Assembly (NCBI GenBank): GCA_043747615.1
Contig: JAYTOU010000077.1
Coordinates: forward strand, 64,826-128,825
Length of the DNA stretch: 64,000 nucleotides
DNA from: Myxococcales bacterium
Lineage (GTDB): Bacteria > Myxococcota_A > Polyangia > Polyangiales > Polyangiaceae
Direction: 5' to 3'
Part shown: positions 20,631 to 31,616 of the stretch, piece by piece
Position numbering within the stretch: the first letter of the stretch is position 1
How the letters are laid out: every line of letters starts with the position of its first letter
Notes under the pieces: generated by a model
What the model was told of the DNA's origin: nothing
Seen by the model: only the letters and a program-made list of their open reading frames with translations
The model's database searches: none
Made by a program: the position numbers and the translations under genes

Positions 20631-21415
20631 GGCCGCTTCCTCTTGGGGAGGGCCTCGAGGAAGCCGCCATCGAGCATCGAGGTATAGCTCGGCCTGCCGA
20701 TGACCAGGTGATCGAGAAGCGGAGTGCCGACTATGTCCCCCGCTTCGGCGATTCGCTCCGTGAAGACGATGTCCTCCGGGCTCGGAGAAGGGTCCCCGCT
20801 TGGATGGTTGTGAACGAGGACGAACGCGCTCGCCCCTTCGCGCAGCATGACCCGAAGGGGATCACGCGCGGCTACGTGGATGCCGTGGAGGCCGCCGGAG
20901 GCGATTTTTCGGGCCGATTTTAGGTGATGACGCGCGTCCACAGCGAGTGCCCATAGCTCTTCGTGCTCGAGCGCTGCGAGCCTTGGCCTGGCCCAGCGGT
21001 CGACCGCACGGCTGTCGAAAAGAGAGACGCCGCTCGGGCGGGCAAGCTCGATTTGCACGCGCCTTCCAAGCTCGATCGCCGCGGCGAGCCGTGCGCCCTT
21101 CGCCAACCCCACCCCTTCACGCGCGGAGAGCTCCCCAAGCCCCGCGCGCGCGAGCCCCAGCATGCCGCCATACTCATGAAGCAATGCTTCGGCGAGGACG
21201 AGGACAGGCTCGCGCGCGCTCCCCGTTCCAAGGAGAAGCGCGATGAGCTCTGGACCACCGAGCGTTTCGACGCCGGCGTCTGCGGCGCGCTCGCGAGGAC
21301 CGTAGTCCATGCCGTGTTGGGCCACGGTGTTCCGGGCCACGGTGCTCCGGGTCGCGGTGTTTCGGGCCAACGTGTTTTCGGCGAACGTGTCGTGGACCAC
21401 CATGATCCGGGACAT
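20588..21415 (-). CDS. radC: RadC (JAB/MPN domain) protein
   Basis: GPRER, ELIALLLGTG, HNHPSGDPSPSPED and LLDHLVIG. Alternative start at 21310 (MDYGPRER). Confidence 0.93.
   Translation of the reverse strand: MSRIMVVHDTFAENTLARNTATRSTVARNTVAQHGMDYGPRERAADAGVETLGGPELIALLLGTGSAREPVLVLAEALLHEYGGMLGLARAGLGELSAREGVGLAKGARLAAAIELGRRVQIELARPSGVSLFDSRAVDRWARPRLAALEHEELWALAVDARHHLKSARKIASGGLHGIHVAARDPLRVMLREGASAFVLVHNHPSGDPSPSPEDIVFTERIAEAGDIVGTPLLDHLVIGRPSYTSMLDGGFLEALPKRKRPHPNKPSWEGRTRE
21305..21409. repeat. Degenerate 15-bp tandem repeat, about 7 units (consensus ggccacggtgttccg)
   Basis: Units gtccatgccgtgttg, ggccacggtgttccg, ggccacggtgctccg, ggtcgcggtgtttcg, ggccaacgtgttttc, ggcgaacgtgtcgtg, gaccaccatgatccg. 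Confidence 0.85.
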
Positions 21416-21504
21416 CGCACGCCGCGTGCCGTCACGATCCCACGAGGAATGCGCTGATGTGAGGTGACCAAGTGGCCACTTCGTCCGTCCGCGTCAGGCG
21501 CCGA

Positions 21505-22428
21505 TCAGTAGTTCTGGCAGACGCCGAGTCCGACTTGCTTGAAGAGCGTGGCCGGCGCGCTGACGCACTTGTCGCTTTTTGCCGAGCAGGGATGCGTCGG
21601 GTCGCAGAGCTTGAAGCATTTCCGCGAACCGAACGCCCCGAGGCACGTCAGATCGAGACCACAGTTGGTCTCCTCGCAGCTCTCGGCCACCTTTGCTGGG
21701 CCCTGCGAGATGCAGCTCGTCGTGCCGTCGTCGGTCACGATGCTGCACGTTTCGCCGCTGGGGCAGTCACTCGTCAGAGGCTTACAGGCGTGAACGAGAG
21801 CGCAGACAGGAACTTTCAAGCTATCTACGTCCGTTTCGATGTCGCAAAATGCGTGACTATCGGTGCAGCGACCGTCGCAGCAGTAGTGGCGGCAGACACC
21901 GGGCGAGCCGACGCACTCGTAGCTCGCGGCGCAGTCTGTGGCCCTCAAGCAGCCCTCGCCGTCGACGCTCTTGCCAGCCAGAAGGCACGCCGGGCCGATA
22001 GTCGTTCCGCCGTCGGACGCGCTCGCACGGACGTGGCACGCGAGATCCGTGGAACCCGAATCGCTCTGGCCGCCGTCGCTCGATCCGCCATCGCTGGGCG
22101 GCGGGGAGTGCGTCGAGATGCAGGGATCGACGGTGACGTCGTCCGGAATGCATGCCGGGAAGCGGGTGAGGTTGCACAATGGGCTGCCGAGCGAAGGCAG
22201 CAAGCCCGCCGCACCGTCGGCTTTGAAATCGCCGCCATCGAACCCGCCGGCATCGCCATCCTGGCCCGGGTAAGACCCACCGGTGCCGGGGCTCGCGGAA
22301 TCTGCGCTCCCGAAGCCCACGTTGCACCCGTTGGTCGCCGCAGCAGCAAGGGCAACGCCCATGAGCCAGGAAAAAACGACGCGGGAAGATCGGGACGGAA
22401 GAAGCATTACGAGGGGGAAATAATACAC
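21505..22428 (-). CDS. Cys-rich secreted lipoprotein (hypothetical)
   Basis: Lipobox TNGC, about 27 Cys, DGG/DAG linkers. Start uncertain. Confidence 0.75.
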   Translation of the reverse strand: MYYFPLVMLLPSRSSRVVFSWLMGVALAAAATNGCNVGFGSADSASPGTGGSYPGQDGDAGGFDGGDFKADGAAGLLPSLGSPLCNLTRFPACIPDDVTVDPCISTHSPPPSDGGSSDGGQSDSGSTDLACHVRASASDGGTTIGPACLLAGKSVDGEGCLRATDCAASYECVGSPGVCRHYCCDGRCTDSHAFCDIETDVDSLKVPVCALVHACKPLTSDCPSGETCSIVTDDGTTSCISQGPAKVAESCEETNCGLDLTCLGAFGSRKCFKLCDPTHPCSAKSDKCVSAPATLFKQVGLGVCQNY

Positions 22429-22542
22429 GCGGCGTGCCGTGCTCTTAACTCTGGCATTTCCAGGGGGAATCGCCAGAAACCCGCTACGTCGGGGGCCAGG
22501 ATCCCTGACGCCGGTGTCACGATTGGCCCAAAGGCCAGCGGG

Positions 22543-24597
22543 CTACGGAGTCTCGATTTCTCGGATAACGGCGTTGCCAGCGGCGTCGAAGGCCCGGATA
22601 GCAACAATGTGCGAGCCCGCAGGAACGAGCGTCGAAATATCTGCGTCGAGACCTTCGTCGGCGCTGTCGAAGACGCCGTCTGCGGCTCCGACCGGTCGCC
22701 AGTCGAGCCTTCCGTCGACCGCAATTTCCACGCGGGTGATCGGGCCGAGACCGTCGATGACCCGCCCCTTTAGGCGTCTGCCGGTGATGGTGAGGGCAGC
22801 GAAGGTGGGGGGGGTGTTGTCGACGAGCACGGGTGACGATTCGAGAACGTGCCGCTGGACGTCGGCCGGCGGATTGGCCTGCTCGTCGCTCGCTTCGACA
22901 CGGAGGCGATACTTTCCCTCTGGGAGCGCGAGGGTGTCCCATTCGTATTCGCTCTTCGTGAGAACTTCGCTCTCGCGCAAGACGTCGCGCCACGCGCCTT
23001 GCCCCTCGCGTCGAAATCCGATCCGGTAACGGAGGGCGTCGTTGTCGGGGTTGTCGACCTTCCAGGTGAGCTTGAGGACGCTGTCGTGCTTCGGAGGCTC
23101 GCCACCGCTCGCAACGAGCCCTTCTTTGGAGTCTCGCGGGCTGCCGCTCTTCGGCTGGGCATCCACCGCGAGGACGATCGGGCGCGTGTTTTCCGTGACG
23201 AAGGGAAGGAGCACTTCGCTGAGCACCGCTTTGGGATCGCGAGCCCAGCGCGCGCGCACTTGCACGAAGCGACCGATGGGGCTCGGGATGCCGGCGTTCT
23301 CAGCGATCGGCGGGCTCCATCCGCTCCACGTTGCGTCGGGTGTGGTGGTGTTTCCGGTGCGCGTGGACAGCTCGAGAGGCCCGCTCGCACGCCAGGAGAT
23401 CTGCCCGAATCGTGCGCGAAGACCAGCGTCGAAGACTTTGCTCGTCCACACGGACTCGGCGCCGCCTTGGGCCACGACACGGTGGTACGTGGGAGGATCG
23501 CTCGTCGCCACGTAGGGGCCCGCTTTCGAAAATCCTACGGCGCCGACCTGCCGCTCGTCGGTGTCGAGGACCAGCGTCACGACGTGCGCGTCGTCGACGG
23601 TGTAGACGCGCCCTTCAGCGCCAGTGCCCACGTAGGGTCGGCCTTCGGCGTCGACCGCGAGCGCGGTGTAATGAAACTCGTCGTTCTTCATCATCCGCTC
23701 GGGGCGGCCGGTGGCGTCGAAGCGGTAGAGCGTACCCTTGCCCGGCTTCGGTCGCACGTTGGCCGCGGTGCTCCCGGCAGTCGCTGGCGAGCGGCCCGAC
23801 CCGGAGGAGCGCTTGGGAGGCTCGGGGGGCTCGCCATACTCGTTTGCGATCGCAAAGAGGACTCCGCCTTTGCCAATGGCGACGGCCTTCACCTCCTCGC
23901 CTGGAAAGTCGTAGAGGACCGTCGCTCGGCCCGGACCGGAGATCCTGTAGAGGAGCCCCTTGCCGCTCGACCCCGCATAGACGTCCCCGTTTTCGGCGAC
24001 GGCGAGCGACACAATGTGCGGCTCGTTGCTCCGAAAATAGACCGAGCTCGCGCCGGAGAGCTCGACGCGCATAACTCTGCCTTCGGGCCCGGTGGCCGCG
24101 AAAAGCACTGTTTTTGCCCTGTCGAACGCGAGCGCCCAGATGTAGCTCGTGTCCGGAAGCGCGGTCAGGAGCTCCGCTTTTCCCTGGGTGAGCTTGAAAA
24201 TTTTTCCGTCGGGGATCGTGGCCGCGTAGACGACGCCGTTTGCGCCTTCGACCATGGAGGTGACGGCGAGCGCGCCGGTATCAGCGAAGAGCGTCGCGCG
24301 ATCACCGGCAACCTTGAAGACCTTGCCGTTCGGGCTGGTGCCGACGAGCGAGCTTCCATCGGCAAGCGCGAGCGCGGAGAAACACGCGGTAGCGTCGGTG
24401 AGAGGAACCGTGCCGGTCGTCCATCCCGCGCGCACGGCGCCGTCGGAGCTGACCGCGACTCCTTTTAGATCACCGCCCGAAAATTCATCGAGGGTGTCGA
24501 GATCGAACGTGCGCGTGCCGACGGCGGAAGCCGGGCCGGCAAAGAGAACGGCTGCGAAAATAGAGGCCGTAAAGAGTGTAGAACGCATCTTTCTCAA
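22543..24597 (-). CDS. Secreted beta-propeller protein with C-terminal FN3/Ig-like domains
   Basis: Signal peptide (PASA/VG); repeated xYAGTGxxGxVY blades; LTWKVDNPDND..YEWDT..GKYRLRVEASD and AFDAAGN. Overlaps the S55 gene stop. Confidence 0.75.
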   Translation of the reverse strand: MRKMRSTLFTASIFAAVLFAGPASAVGTRTFDLDTLDEFSGGDLKGVAVSSDGAVRAGWTTGTVPLTDATACFSALALADGSSLVGTSPNGKVFKVAGDRATLFADTGALAVTSMVEGANGVVYAATIPDGKIFKLTQGKAELLTALPDTSYIWALAFDRAKTVLFAATGPEGRVMRVELSGASSVYFRSNEPHIVSLAVAENGDVYAGSSGKGLLYRISGPGRATVLYDFPGEEVKAVAIGKGGVLFAIANEYGEPPEPPKRSSGSGRSPATAGSTAANVRPKPGKGTLYRFDATGRPERMMKNDEFHYTALAVDAEGRPYVGTGAEGRVYTVDDAHVVTLVLDTDERQVGAVGFSKAGPYVATSDPPTYHRVVAQGGAESVWTSKVFDAGLRARFGQISWRASGPLELSTRTGNTTTPDATWSGWSPPIAENAGIPSPIGRFVQVRARWARDPKAVLSEVLLPFVTENTRPIVLAVDAQPKSGSPRDSKEGLVASGGEPPKHDSVLKLTWKVDNPDNDALRYRIGFRREGQGAWRDVLRESEVLTKSEYEWDTLALPEGKYRLRVEASDEQANPPADVQRHVLESSPVLVDNTPPTFAALTITGRRLKGRVIDGLGPITRVEIAVDGRLDWRPVGAADGVFDSADEGLDADISTLVPAGSHIVAIRAFDAAGNAVIREIETP

Positions 24598-26501
24598 CGT
24601 ACCACCGGCCGAACTTTGATCTTCACCTTGTCTCTACCTTCCACGTAACGGTCGACGGGGATGACGGTGCGCGAGTAACTCAAGAAGGCTTCGGGGCCGA
24701 CGCTCGCATGCGCGGGGCGGAGGGCGTCGAGCGCAAAATCGGGCAAGCGAGGCGCTACATGGCCGCGGTATGTCACACCCTGCGAGGGGACGCGGAACTG
24801 GATCACCATACTGCGCGGTGCGCCGCTCTGGCGCGGCTCGTTGGCGATGAGATCAGTGAGATTTTCCGGCGCGGCGAGCTCGGGAGAAACTTCGTAGCCG
24901 GGGACGATCTCAACTTCGACGTCTTTTCCCGCTACTTCGAGGGGCATGCGCACCTCGACCGTCTTCACGACTTCGGGACCCGCGAAGGGCCGAAGGTGCA
25001 AGATCATGCGCGCCTTCTCGCCCGCGTCGACCACTTCGTCGAGGAGCTCGACGCCCCGCAAGCGCCACAGGTCACGCGTGTATTGAACCGAGAGCACCGC
25101 GTCGACCTTGTCGATGCGCGTGGGCTCCCATGGATTGTTGAGGACATCCCCGAGCGCGCGGATCACGCGAGCTGAGGACCACTCTCCCGCCTCTGGAAGG
25201 CCTCCGATCGCCACGCCGAAGTCGTCGAACTCCATGGTGCCGTGGCCGCGGATGCTGAGCTTGGAGTGCATCTGCCAGGTCATGTCGCGATGCTCGCTGA
25301 TCGTCGCTTCGACCGCCGAGCCGAAGGCCGATGCGGCGAGCGACGGGCTCATGAAGCGCTCGTCGGTGACCTCGATGTCCCAATTTTTCTTGGGCGGATT
25401 CTCCACGCCGCGCACTTCGATGTGCACCGGAAACGTGGGAGCGACCTTCTTTTCGTCGGCCACGATCGCGCTCTGGCGATCTTGTATGAGCGCGCCGAGA
25501 GGTCGCACCGACTCGCCGACCTTGAAGCTGTGCTGATCGCTCGCGTAGATCCACAGCACGCGACCGATGGTGGTGGGGAGCGCCGAGTCTCCACCGTTCA
25601 TCATGGGGTGGCCGAAGGCGCAGAGACGCGTGCCTTCGACGTGGGTGACCGTGCCGAGGCCCATCATCGAGACGTCACCGCGCGTGAGCTGGACGCCGAG
25701 CGCGCCGCCGTCCACGTAATGCTCTGGTGCACCTTCGGTCGGACCTTGGCCGCCGCCTGCTTGCAGCGGCTCGAGCCCGAGAGGACCAAAGAGCTTTCTC
25801 GCAAGCTCCGTCGCGCGATCTCCCATTCCCGACATGAGGAGCGGAGTGGCCACCGGCACGAGGCCGCGCGAGGGATCCGTTTTTGCGCCCACGCGCTCCG
25901 CCATTTGCGCCGCGTGCGTCATCAGATCGTACGAGCCTGGGACGCCGTCGTAGAGATTCGTGGTGTCGGCTCGCTTGGGAAGCTGAGCGGGGGCCGCCGC
26001 AGGAAGAGGAGCGCTGTTTTCCAGGGGCCAAAATCCGGGCGGAATGGCGCGCCGCATTTCGGAGAGCATCAGCGCGATCGGCGTGAAGCCCGCGACCGGC
26101 TCCGACCCGAAGGACGACAAGCTGTACGAATACGCGCCGGCGAGCCTTCCGCCATCGAGGTAGATCGGGCTGCCGCTCATCCCCTTCACGTTCTTCGTGA
26201 CGTCGAGCCGAGCGTTGGGCGTCTTCACGAGCACGAGGTCTTGCCCCGCGCGGAAGTTGTGGAGGATGCCGATGACTTCGACGTCGAAGCGCTCCGGCTT
26301 CGTGCCTTTGAAGACCGTGAGGCCGTAGCCCTTCATCCCTTCCTTGATTTCGGAGACGGCGATCGTCGGCGACCGCGCGTCACCGTGCGCGAGCGGAATG
26401 CTGGAGGCAAGGCCCAGAACGAGTCCAGCGCCAATGGCCCAAAACGGAAGGAGGTGTCGCACGGCTCGTGTAGTTTGAGTCCATCGCGAGCGAACGCGCA
26501 A
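24594..26501 (-). CDS. SpoIVB-like peptidase S55 domain protein, secreted
   Basis: GMKGYGLTVFKG..FDVEVIG, KGMSGSPIY and GTVT..AFGHP. Start uncertain (26461-26501). Confidence 0.85.
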   Translation of the reverse strand: MRVRSRWTQTTRAVRHLLPFWAIGAGLVLGLASSIPLAHGDARSPTIAVSEIKEGMKGYGLTVFKGTKPERFDVEVIGILHNFRAGQDLVLVKTPNARLDVTKNVKGMSGSPIYLDGGRLAGAYSYSLSSFGSEPVAGFTPIALMLSEMRRAIPPGFWPLENSAPLPAAAPAQLPKRADTTNLYDGVPGSYDLMTHAAQMAERVGAKTDPSRGLVPVATPLLMSGMGDRATELARKLFGPLGLEPLQAGGGQGPTEGAPEHYVDGGALGVQLTRGDVSMMGLGTVTHVEGTRLCAFGHPMMNGGDSALPTTIGRVLWIYASDQHSFKVGESVRPLGALIQDRQSAIVADEKKVAPTFPVHIEVRGVENPPKKNWDIEVTDERFMSPSLAASAFGSAVEATISEHRDMTWQMHSKLSIRGHGTMEFDDFGVAIGGLPEAGEWSSARVIRALGDVLNNPWEPTRIDKVDAVLSVQYTRDLWRLRGVELLDEVVDAGEKARMILHLRPFAGPEVVKTVEVRMPLEVAGKDVEVEIVPGYEVSPELAAPENLTDLIANEPRQSGAPRSMVIQFRVPSQGVTYRGHVAPRLPDFALDALRPAHASVGPEAFLSYSRTVIPVDRYVEGRDKVKIKVRPVVR

Positions 26502-26542
26502 CGTTTGGCGCCGAAAATGCTCATTTCTTGCTAAAAGGCAGC

Positions 26543-28612
<2,070 letters not shown>

Positions 28613-28653
28613 ACCGACGTGGACATGGCAACGTCGGAGAGGTCACACCTTAG

Positions 28654-28899
28654 ATGAAGATGTTTCTCACGATCGTCCTCGGGCTATCTCTCGTCGTGGA
28701 GATCGCAGCTCACCTGGGACTCCTCGTGGGGATCGCCAAAGGAGATTCACGCCGCTGGCGCGCCGTCGTTGCGTTCTTGATCCCGCCGCTCGCTCCCTAC
28801 TGGGGATGGCAGCTCGGACTGACCCGCCGCACCTACGCATGGCTCGGCGCTCTCGCCGTTTACGCGCTAGCGCTCACGTTCATGAACAACATCATCTAG
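28654..28899 (+). CDS. Small membrane protein (hypothetical)
   Basis: 81 aa, about 3 hydrophobic segments, PPLAPYWGW; fills the gap after cstA. Confidence 0.65.
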   Translation: MKMFLTIVLGLSLVVEIAAHLGLLVGIAKGDSRRWRAVVAFLIPPLAPYWGWQLGLTRRTYAWLGALAVYALALTFMNNII

Positions 28900-28903
28900 C
28901 AAC

Positions 28904-28929
28904 GCCCCTGGCAACGCTTGCCGCGGGGC
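28904..28929. terminator. GC-rich hairpin between convergent genes
   Basis: GCCCC-T-GGCAA-CGC-TTGCC-GC-GGGGC; no strong U-tract. Confidence 0.45.
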
Positions 28930-28942
28930 ACTGGGAGCGGTC

Positions 28943-29116
28943 TTACTTCTTGGCGGCGGGGGTCGGCTTCGCGTCCGCGGCCTTCGCGTCGTAGCCGACG
29001 GGATGGATCGCGAAAACGGGCGTGCCCATCGCGCGGCGCTCGCGCTTGTTGCGCTTGCCGTTGGTGGTGGCCTTGCGCTTGCGAATGCGTTCGAACTGCT
29101 GCGTTGACGAAACCAT
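28943..29116 (-). CDS. 57-aa highly basic small protein
   Basis: MVSSTQQFERIRKRKATTNGKRNKRERRAMGTPVF...; SD AAGAGG 6 nt before the ATG. Confidence 0.75.
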   Translation of the reverse strand: MVSSTQQFERIRKRKATTNGKRNKRERRAMGTPVFAIHPVGYDAKAADAKPTPAAKK

Positions 29117-29170
29117 TGAAAACCTCTTGGAAAACCAGGGAATTGCCCGGTTTACGGGAACGGGGCGCGC

Positions 29171-29199
29171 ACATTGGCTCGCCACAGGCTCTCTGTCAA
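29171..29199 (-). promoter_or_regulatory. sigma70 promoter TTGACA-N17-CAATGT with GC-rich discriminator
   Basis: Minus strand reads TTGACA gagagcctgtggcgagc CAATGT gcgcgcccc. Confidence 0.65.
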
Positions 29200-29227
29200 G
29201 AGCAGGACGAGCTCCGGAGCCGCCGGA

Positions 29228-30760
29228 CTACAGTGGTCGGACGGTGACGTTGGCGGAGTAGGTCGACTCGGCAAATGGGTTGACCTTCGCCTTGCTGAAG
29301 GCGTTCTTGATGCAGGCTTCGGCGGGCGTCCCGGCCGCGTGACCGGTGACGGTGACCGTGGAGACTGCGCCGCTCGAACCGAAGATGACGAGGGCCTTCG
29401 AGATCGGATCGTCGGGACCGAGGCACGTGCGCGCGTTTTGGAGAACGGCGCCGATGGCCCCCGCGACCGCGCCTTGCGACGGCTTCTGCGGGACCATTCC
29501 GGGCGCAAATTCAGGCCCCGTGGGCGCTGCGGCCTGGACTTGCTTCTCCTCCGGGCCGACCGACGTTCGCATCGCGCCCTTCAGATCGCCTGGGGTAGCT
29601 GAGGTGCCCGGGGTCGCGGCGACCGGCTTCTCCTCTGGGGTGGAGGCGGGTGGGGTGGAGGCGGGTGGGGTGGAGGCGGGCTTGCTCGGCGGTGGCGCTG
29701 CGGAGGGCGACTTTCCTCCGCCCTTCGAGGTGACCAGTTGCTTTGGGGCCAGCGCCAGCTTGCCCGCGCTCAGGTTGGTGTCGGCGGTAGGATCCGCCGC
29801 CGCGGTAGGATCCACTGCAACGGGAGCGGCGGCCACGACGGGCGTTACGAGGAGAGCCTCTGGTGCTGCGGGGGGTGCCTGGACGGCAACCGCGACGGGC
29901 GCGGCCCCTTTGTCACCGAACGGATTCCCTTTTGCTTTCACGAAGAGGCCAACGCCGGCTGCCATCGCCGCGACGGTCACGACGCCGCCGAGGAGGATAA
30001 CGAGGCCACCGCGCTTCTTGTTGCCGTCCTCGATCGCAAGCACCGCGGAGGGGCGGCTGGAAGGAACGGAGGTGATGATCACGTCGGGATGGGCGACGGG
30101 CCGCATCCCCGAGATTGGCATGTGACCGGAGACCGGAACGGCATCCGCTACCATCGGGGAGTGCATCGACGGCGGGGGAATCGACCCAGGCTCTTCGTCG
30201 AACAGGCCCGCCGAGGCGAGGGCCGTGGTCTTCGCCCGCTCCGCGCCTTGCGGATCGGCGGCAGCCGCCATCTGAAGATCGACGAGGCCAGAGTCATTGG
30301 GATCGACGCTGGACGGCACGGGCTGGCCGCTGGCAGGGCCGCTCATCGGTCCGACCGGAATCTTGAACGCGCTCGATGACGGCGGCGTGGCAGCCATCTC
30401 CGCAAGGTCCTTAAAATTTGAACGATCGCGCTGACGTACGGCCTGGGTCCCCATCTTCGCCTCCACTGCTTCGGGCTTGCCCCGCCCTGAAGAAGGCGCG
30501 TATGTACTCTCAAACTGCCCACTCGGCACGTGGCCGGCCAAAGAATTTTTCACCGGAGCCATTGATTTCTCGTCGGGCGCATGCGGGAGCGGCGGGCCGA
30601 AAAGCTCATCATCGGACACACGAAGCTTGGATTTCGCCGGGAGATTCGCTTCTATGCGGGTGACGACACCTTGGGCCGCCGCGTCCCAATCGAGATCTTT
30701 CGCCGGCCAGGCGCCGAGCGCTTCGTCGATATGATCCGACCCGTCCTTCGAGCTACTCAC
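29228..30760 (-). CDS. Putative anti-sigma factor: single-TM protein with Pro-rich linker and AgmX/TonB-C-like C-terminal domain
   Basis: 4-nt overlap with the ECF sigma gene; TM GLVILLGGVVTVAAMAAGVGLFV; C-terminal domain with two Cys (ARTCL, EACIKNAF). Confidence 0.65.
   Translation of the reverse strand: MSSSKDGSDHIDEALGAWPAKDLDWDAAAQGVVTRIEANLPAKSKLRVSDDELFGPPLPHAPDEKSMAPVKNSLAGHVPSGQFESTYAPSSGRGKPEAVEAKMGTQAVRQRDRSNFKDLAEMAATPPSSSAFKIPVGPMSGPASGQPVPSSVDPNDSGLVDLQMAAAADPQGAERAKTTALASAGLFDEEPGSIPPPSMHSPMVADAVPVSGHMPISGMRPVAHPDVIITSVPSSRPSAVLAIEDGNKKRGGLVILLGGVVTVAAMAAGVGLFVKAKGNPFGDKGAAPVAVAVQAPPAAPEALLVTPVVAAAPVAVDPTAAADPTADTNLSAGKLALAPKQLVTSKGGGKSPSAAPPPSKPASTPPASTPPASTPEEKPVAATPGTSATPGDLKGAMRTSVGPEEKQVQAAAPTGPEFAPGMVPQKPSQGAVAGAIGAVLQNARTCLGPDDPISKALVIFGSSGAVSTVTVTGHAAGTPAEACIKNAFSKAKVNPFAESTYSANVTVRPL
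29636..29680. repeat. Perfect 15-bp tandem repeat x3 (tggggtggaggcggg; encodes PASTP x3)
   Basis: Three exact copies. Confidence 0.95.
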
Positions 30761-31374
30761 GCTACGTCTCCCTCGAGGTCGAAGCCTCGGGCTGCCATGA
30801 ACTCCCTCAACTTGCGCCGCGCTTCATGCACGCGCCAGGCGATTGTCCCTTCGGGCGCGCCAAGCACCGCGGAGGCTTCTTCGTGGGATTTCCCATCGAT
30901 ACACACCAAAATGAGGGTGGTGCGGAGGGTCTCGCTGAGGCTGTCGATCCCCTCACAAAGCACGAGATAGAGCTCTTTTCGCGAGGCGTCGCCGCCCGGA
31001 TCGGCCATGGCGCTCGGACGACGCTCCACCATGAGGGCTTCCAGGCGCGGGTCATTTGCGCTCGGCCCCGAGTTTCGCGCGCTTTTTCGCGAGCGGATGG
31101 TGTTGAGCGAGAGGTTGACGCCAATCCGGTAAAACCATGTGTATGGCTCACTGCGGCCGTCGAAGCGGGCGAGGGCCTGGTAGGCGCGAATGAACGTTTC
31201 TTGAGCAACGTCCTCCGCCTCTGCGCGATCACGTAACATGTGAAGGGCCAAACGGTGGATTCTCGGCTGATGACGCCGCACGAGTTGGCTGAAAGCCTCG
31301 AGGTCCCCTTGGCGTGCGCGATCGACGAGGTCGCGGTCGGAGAGCTTTGCCATGCGGTCCAGTGGGCTCGGCAT
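30757..31374 (-). CDS. ECF-type RNA polymerase sigma factor
   Basis: GDLEAFSQLVRRH, AEDVAQETFIRAY, TWFYRIGVN and region 4 EEASAVLGAPEGTIAWRVHEARRKL. Start 31353-31377. Confidence 0.93.
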   Translation of the reverse strand: MPSPLDRMAKLSDRDLVDRARQGDLEAFSQLVRRHQPRIHRLALHMLRDRAEAEDVAQETFIRAYQALARFDGRSEPYTWFYRIGVNLSLNTIRSRKSARNSGPSANDPRLEALMVERRPSAMADPGGDASRKELYLVLCEGIDSLSETLRTTLILVCIDGKSHEEASAVLGAPEGTIAWRVHEARRKLREFMAARGFDLEGDVA

Positions 31375-31517
31375 CACGCGGGGAAGGCGGAAGCTGTACC
31401 AAGCCCCTTCGCGCGCCGGAGTCCGTTGAGAGGTGCAAGATACCGTGAACACATCGCGTTGGACAAAAACTAACGCCCTTTCCTTGGGAATCTGTAAATT
31501 CAGCCGGAAATCGAGCG

Positions 31518-31543
31518 GGAACAAAGGAGGGCGCCGCGACGTT
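31518..31543 (+). promoter_or_regulatory. Putative ECF promoter GGAAC-N17-CGTT upstream of the ABC exporter operon
   Basis: GGAAC aaaggagggcgccgcga CGTT, ending 73 nt before the adaptor gene start. Confidence 0.6.
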
Positions 31544-31616
31544 TCGCGATGCCAGGCTAGCCGCCGGCCAACAGCGACTTACATTCGCTTGCCCATTCGC
31601 TTCGACGAGGAACCGC

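Noticed and set aside
21305..21409. Possible CRISPR or mini-array
   Set aside because: Contiguous 15-bp units with no spacers, and no cas genes in the window.
20588..21415. radC as a marker of an ICE or prophage
   Set aside because: Full-length chromosomal type with an N-terminal HhH-like region; no integrase, att site or compositional shift seen.
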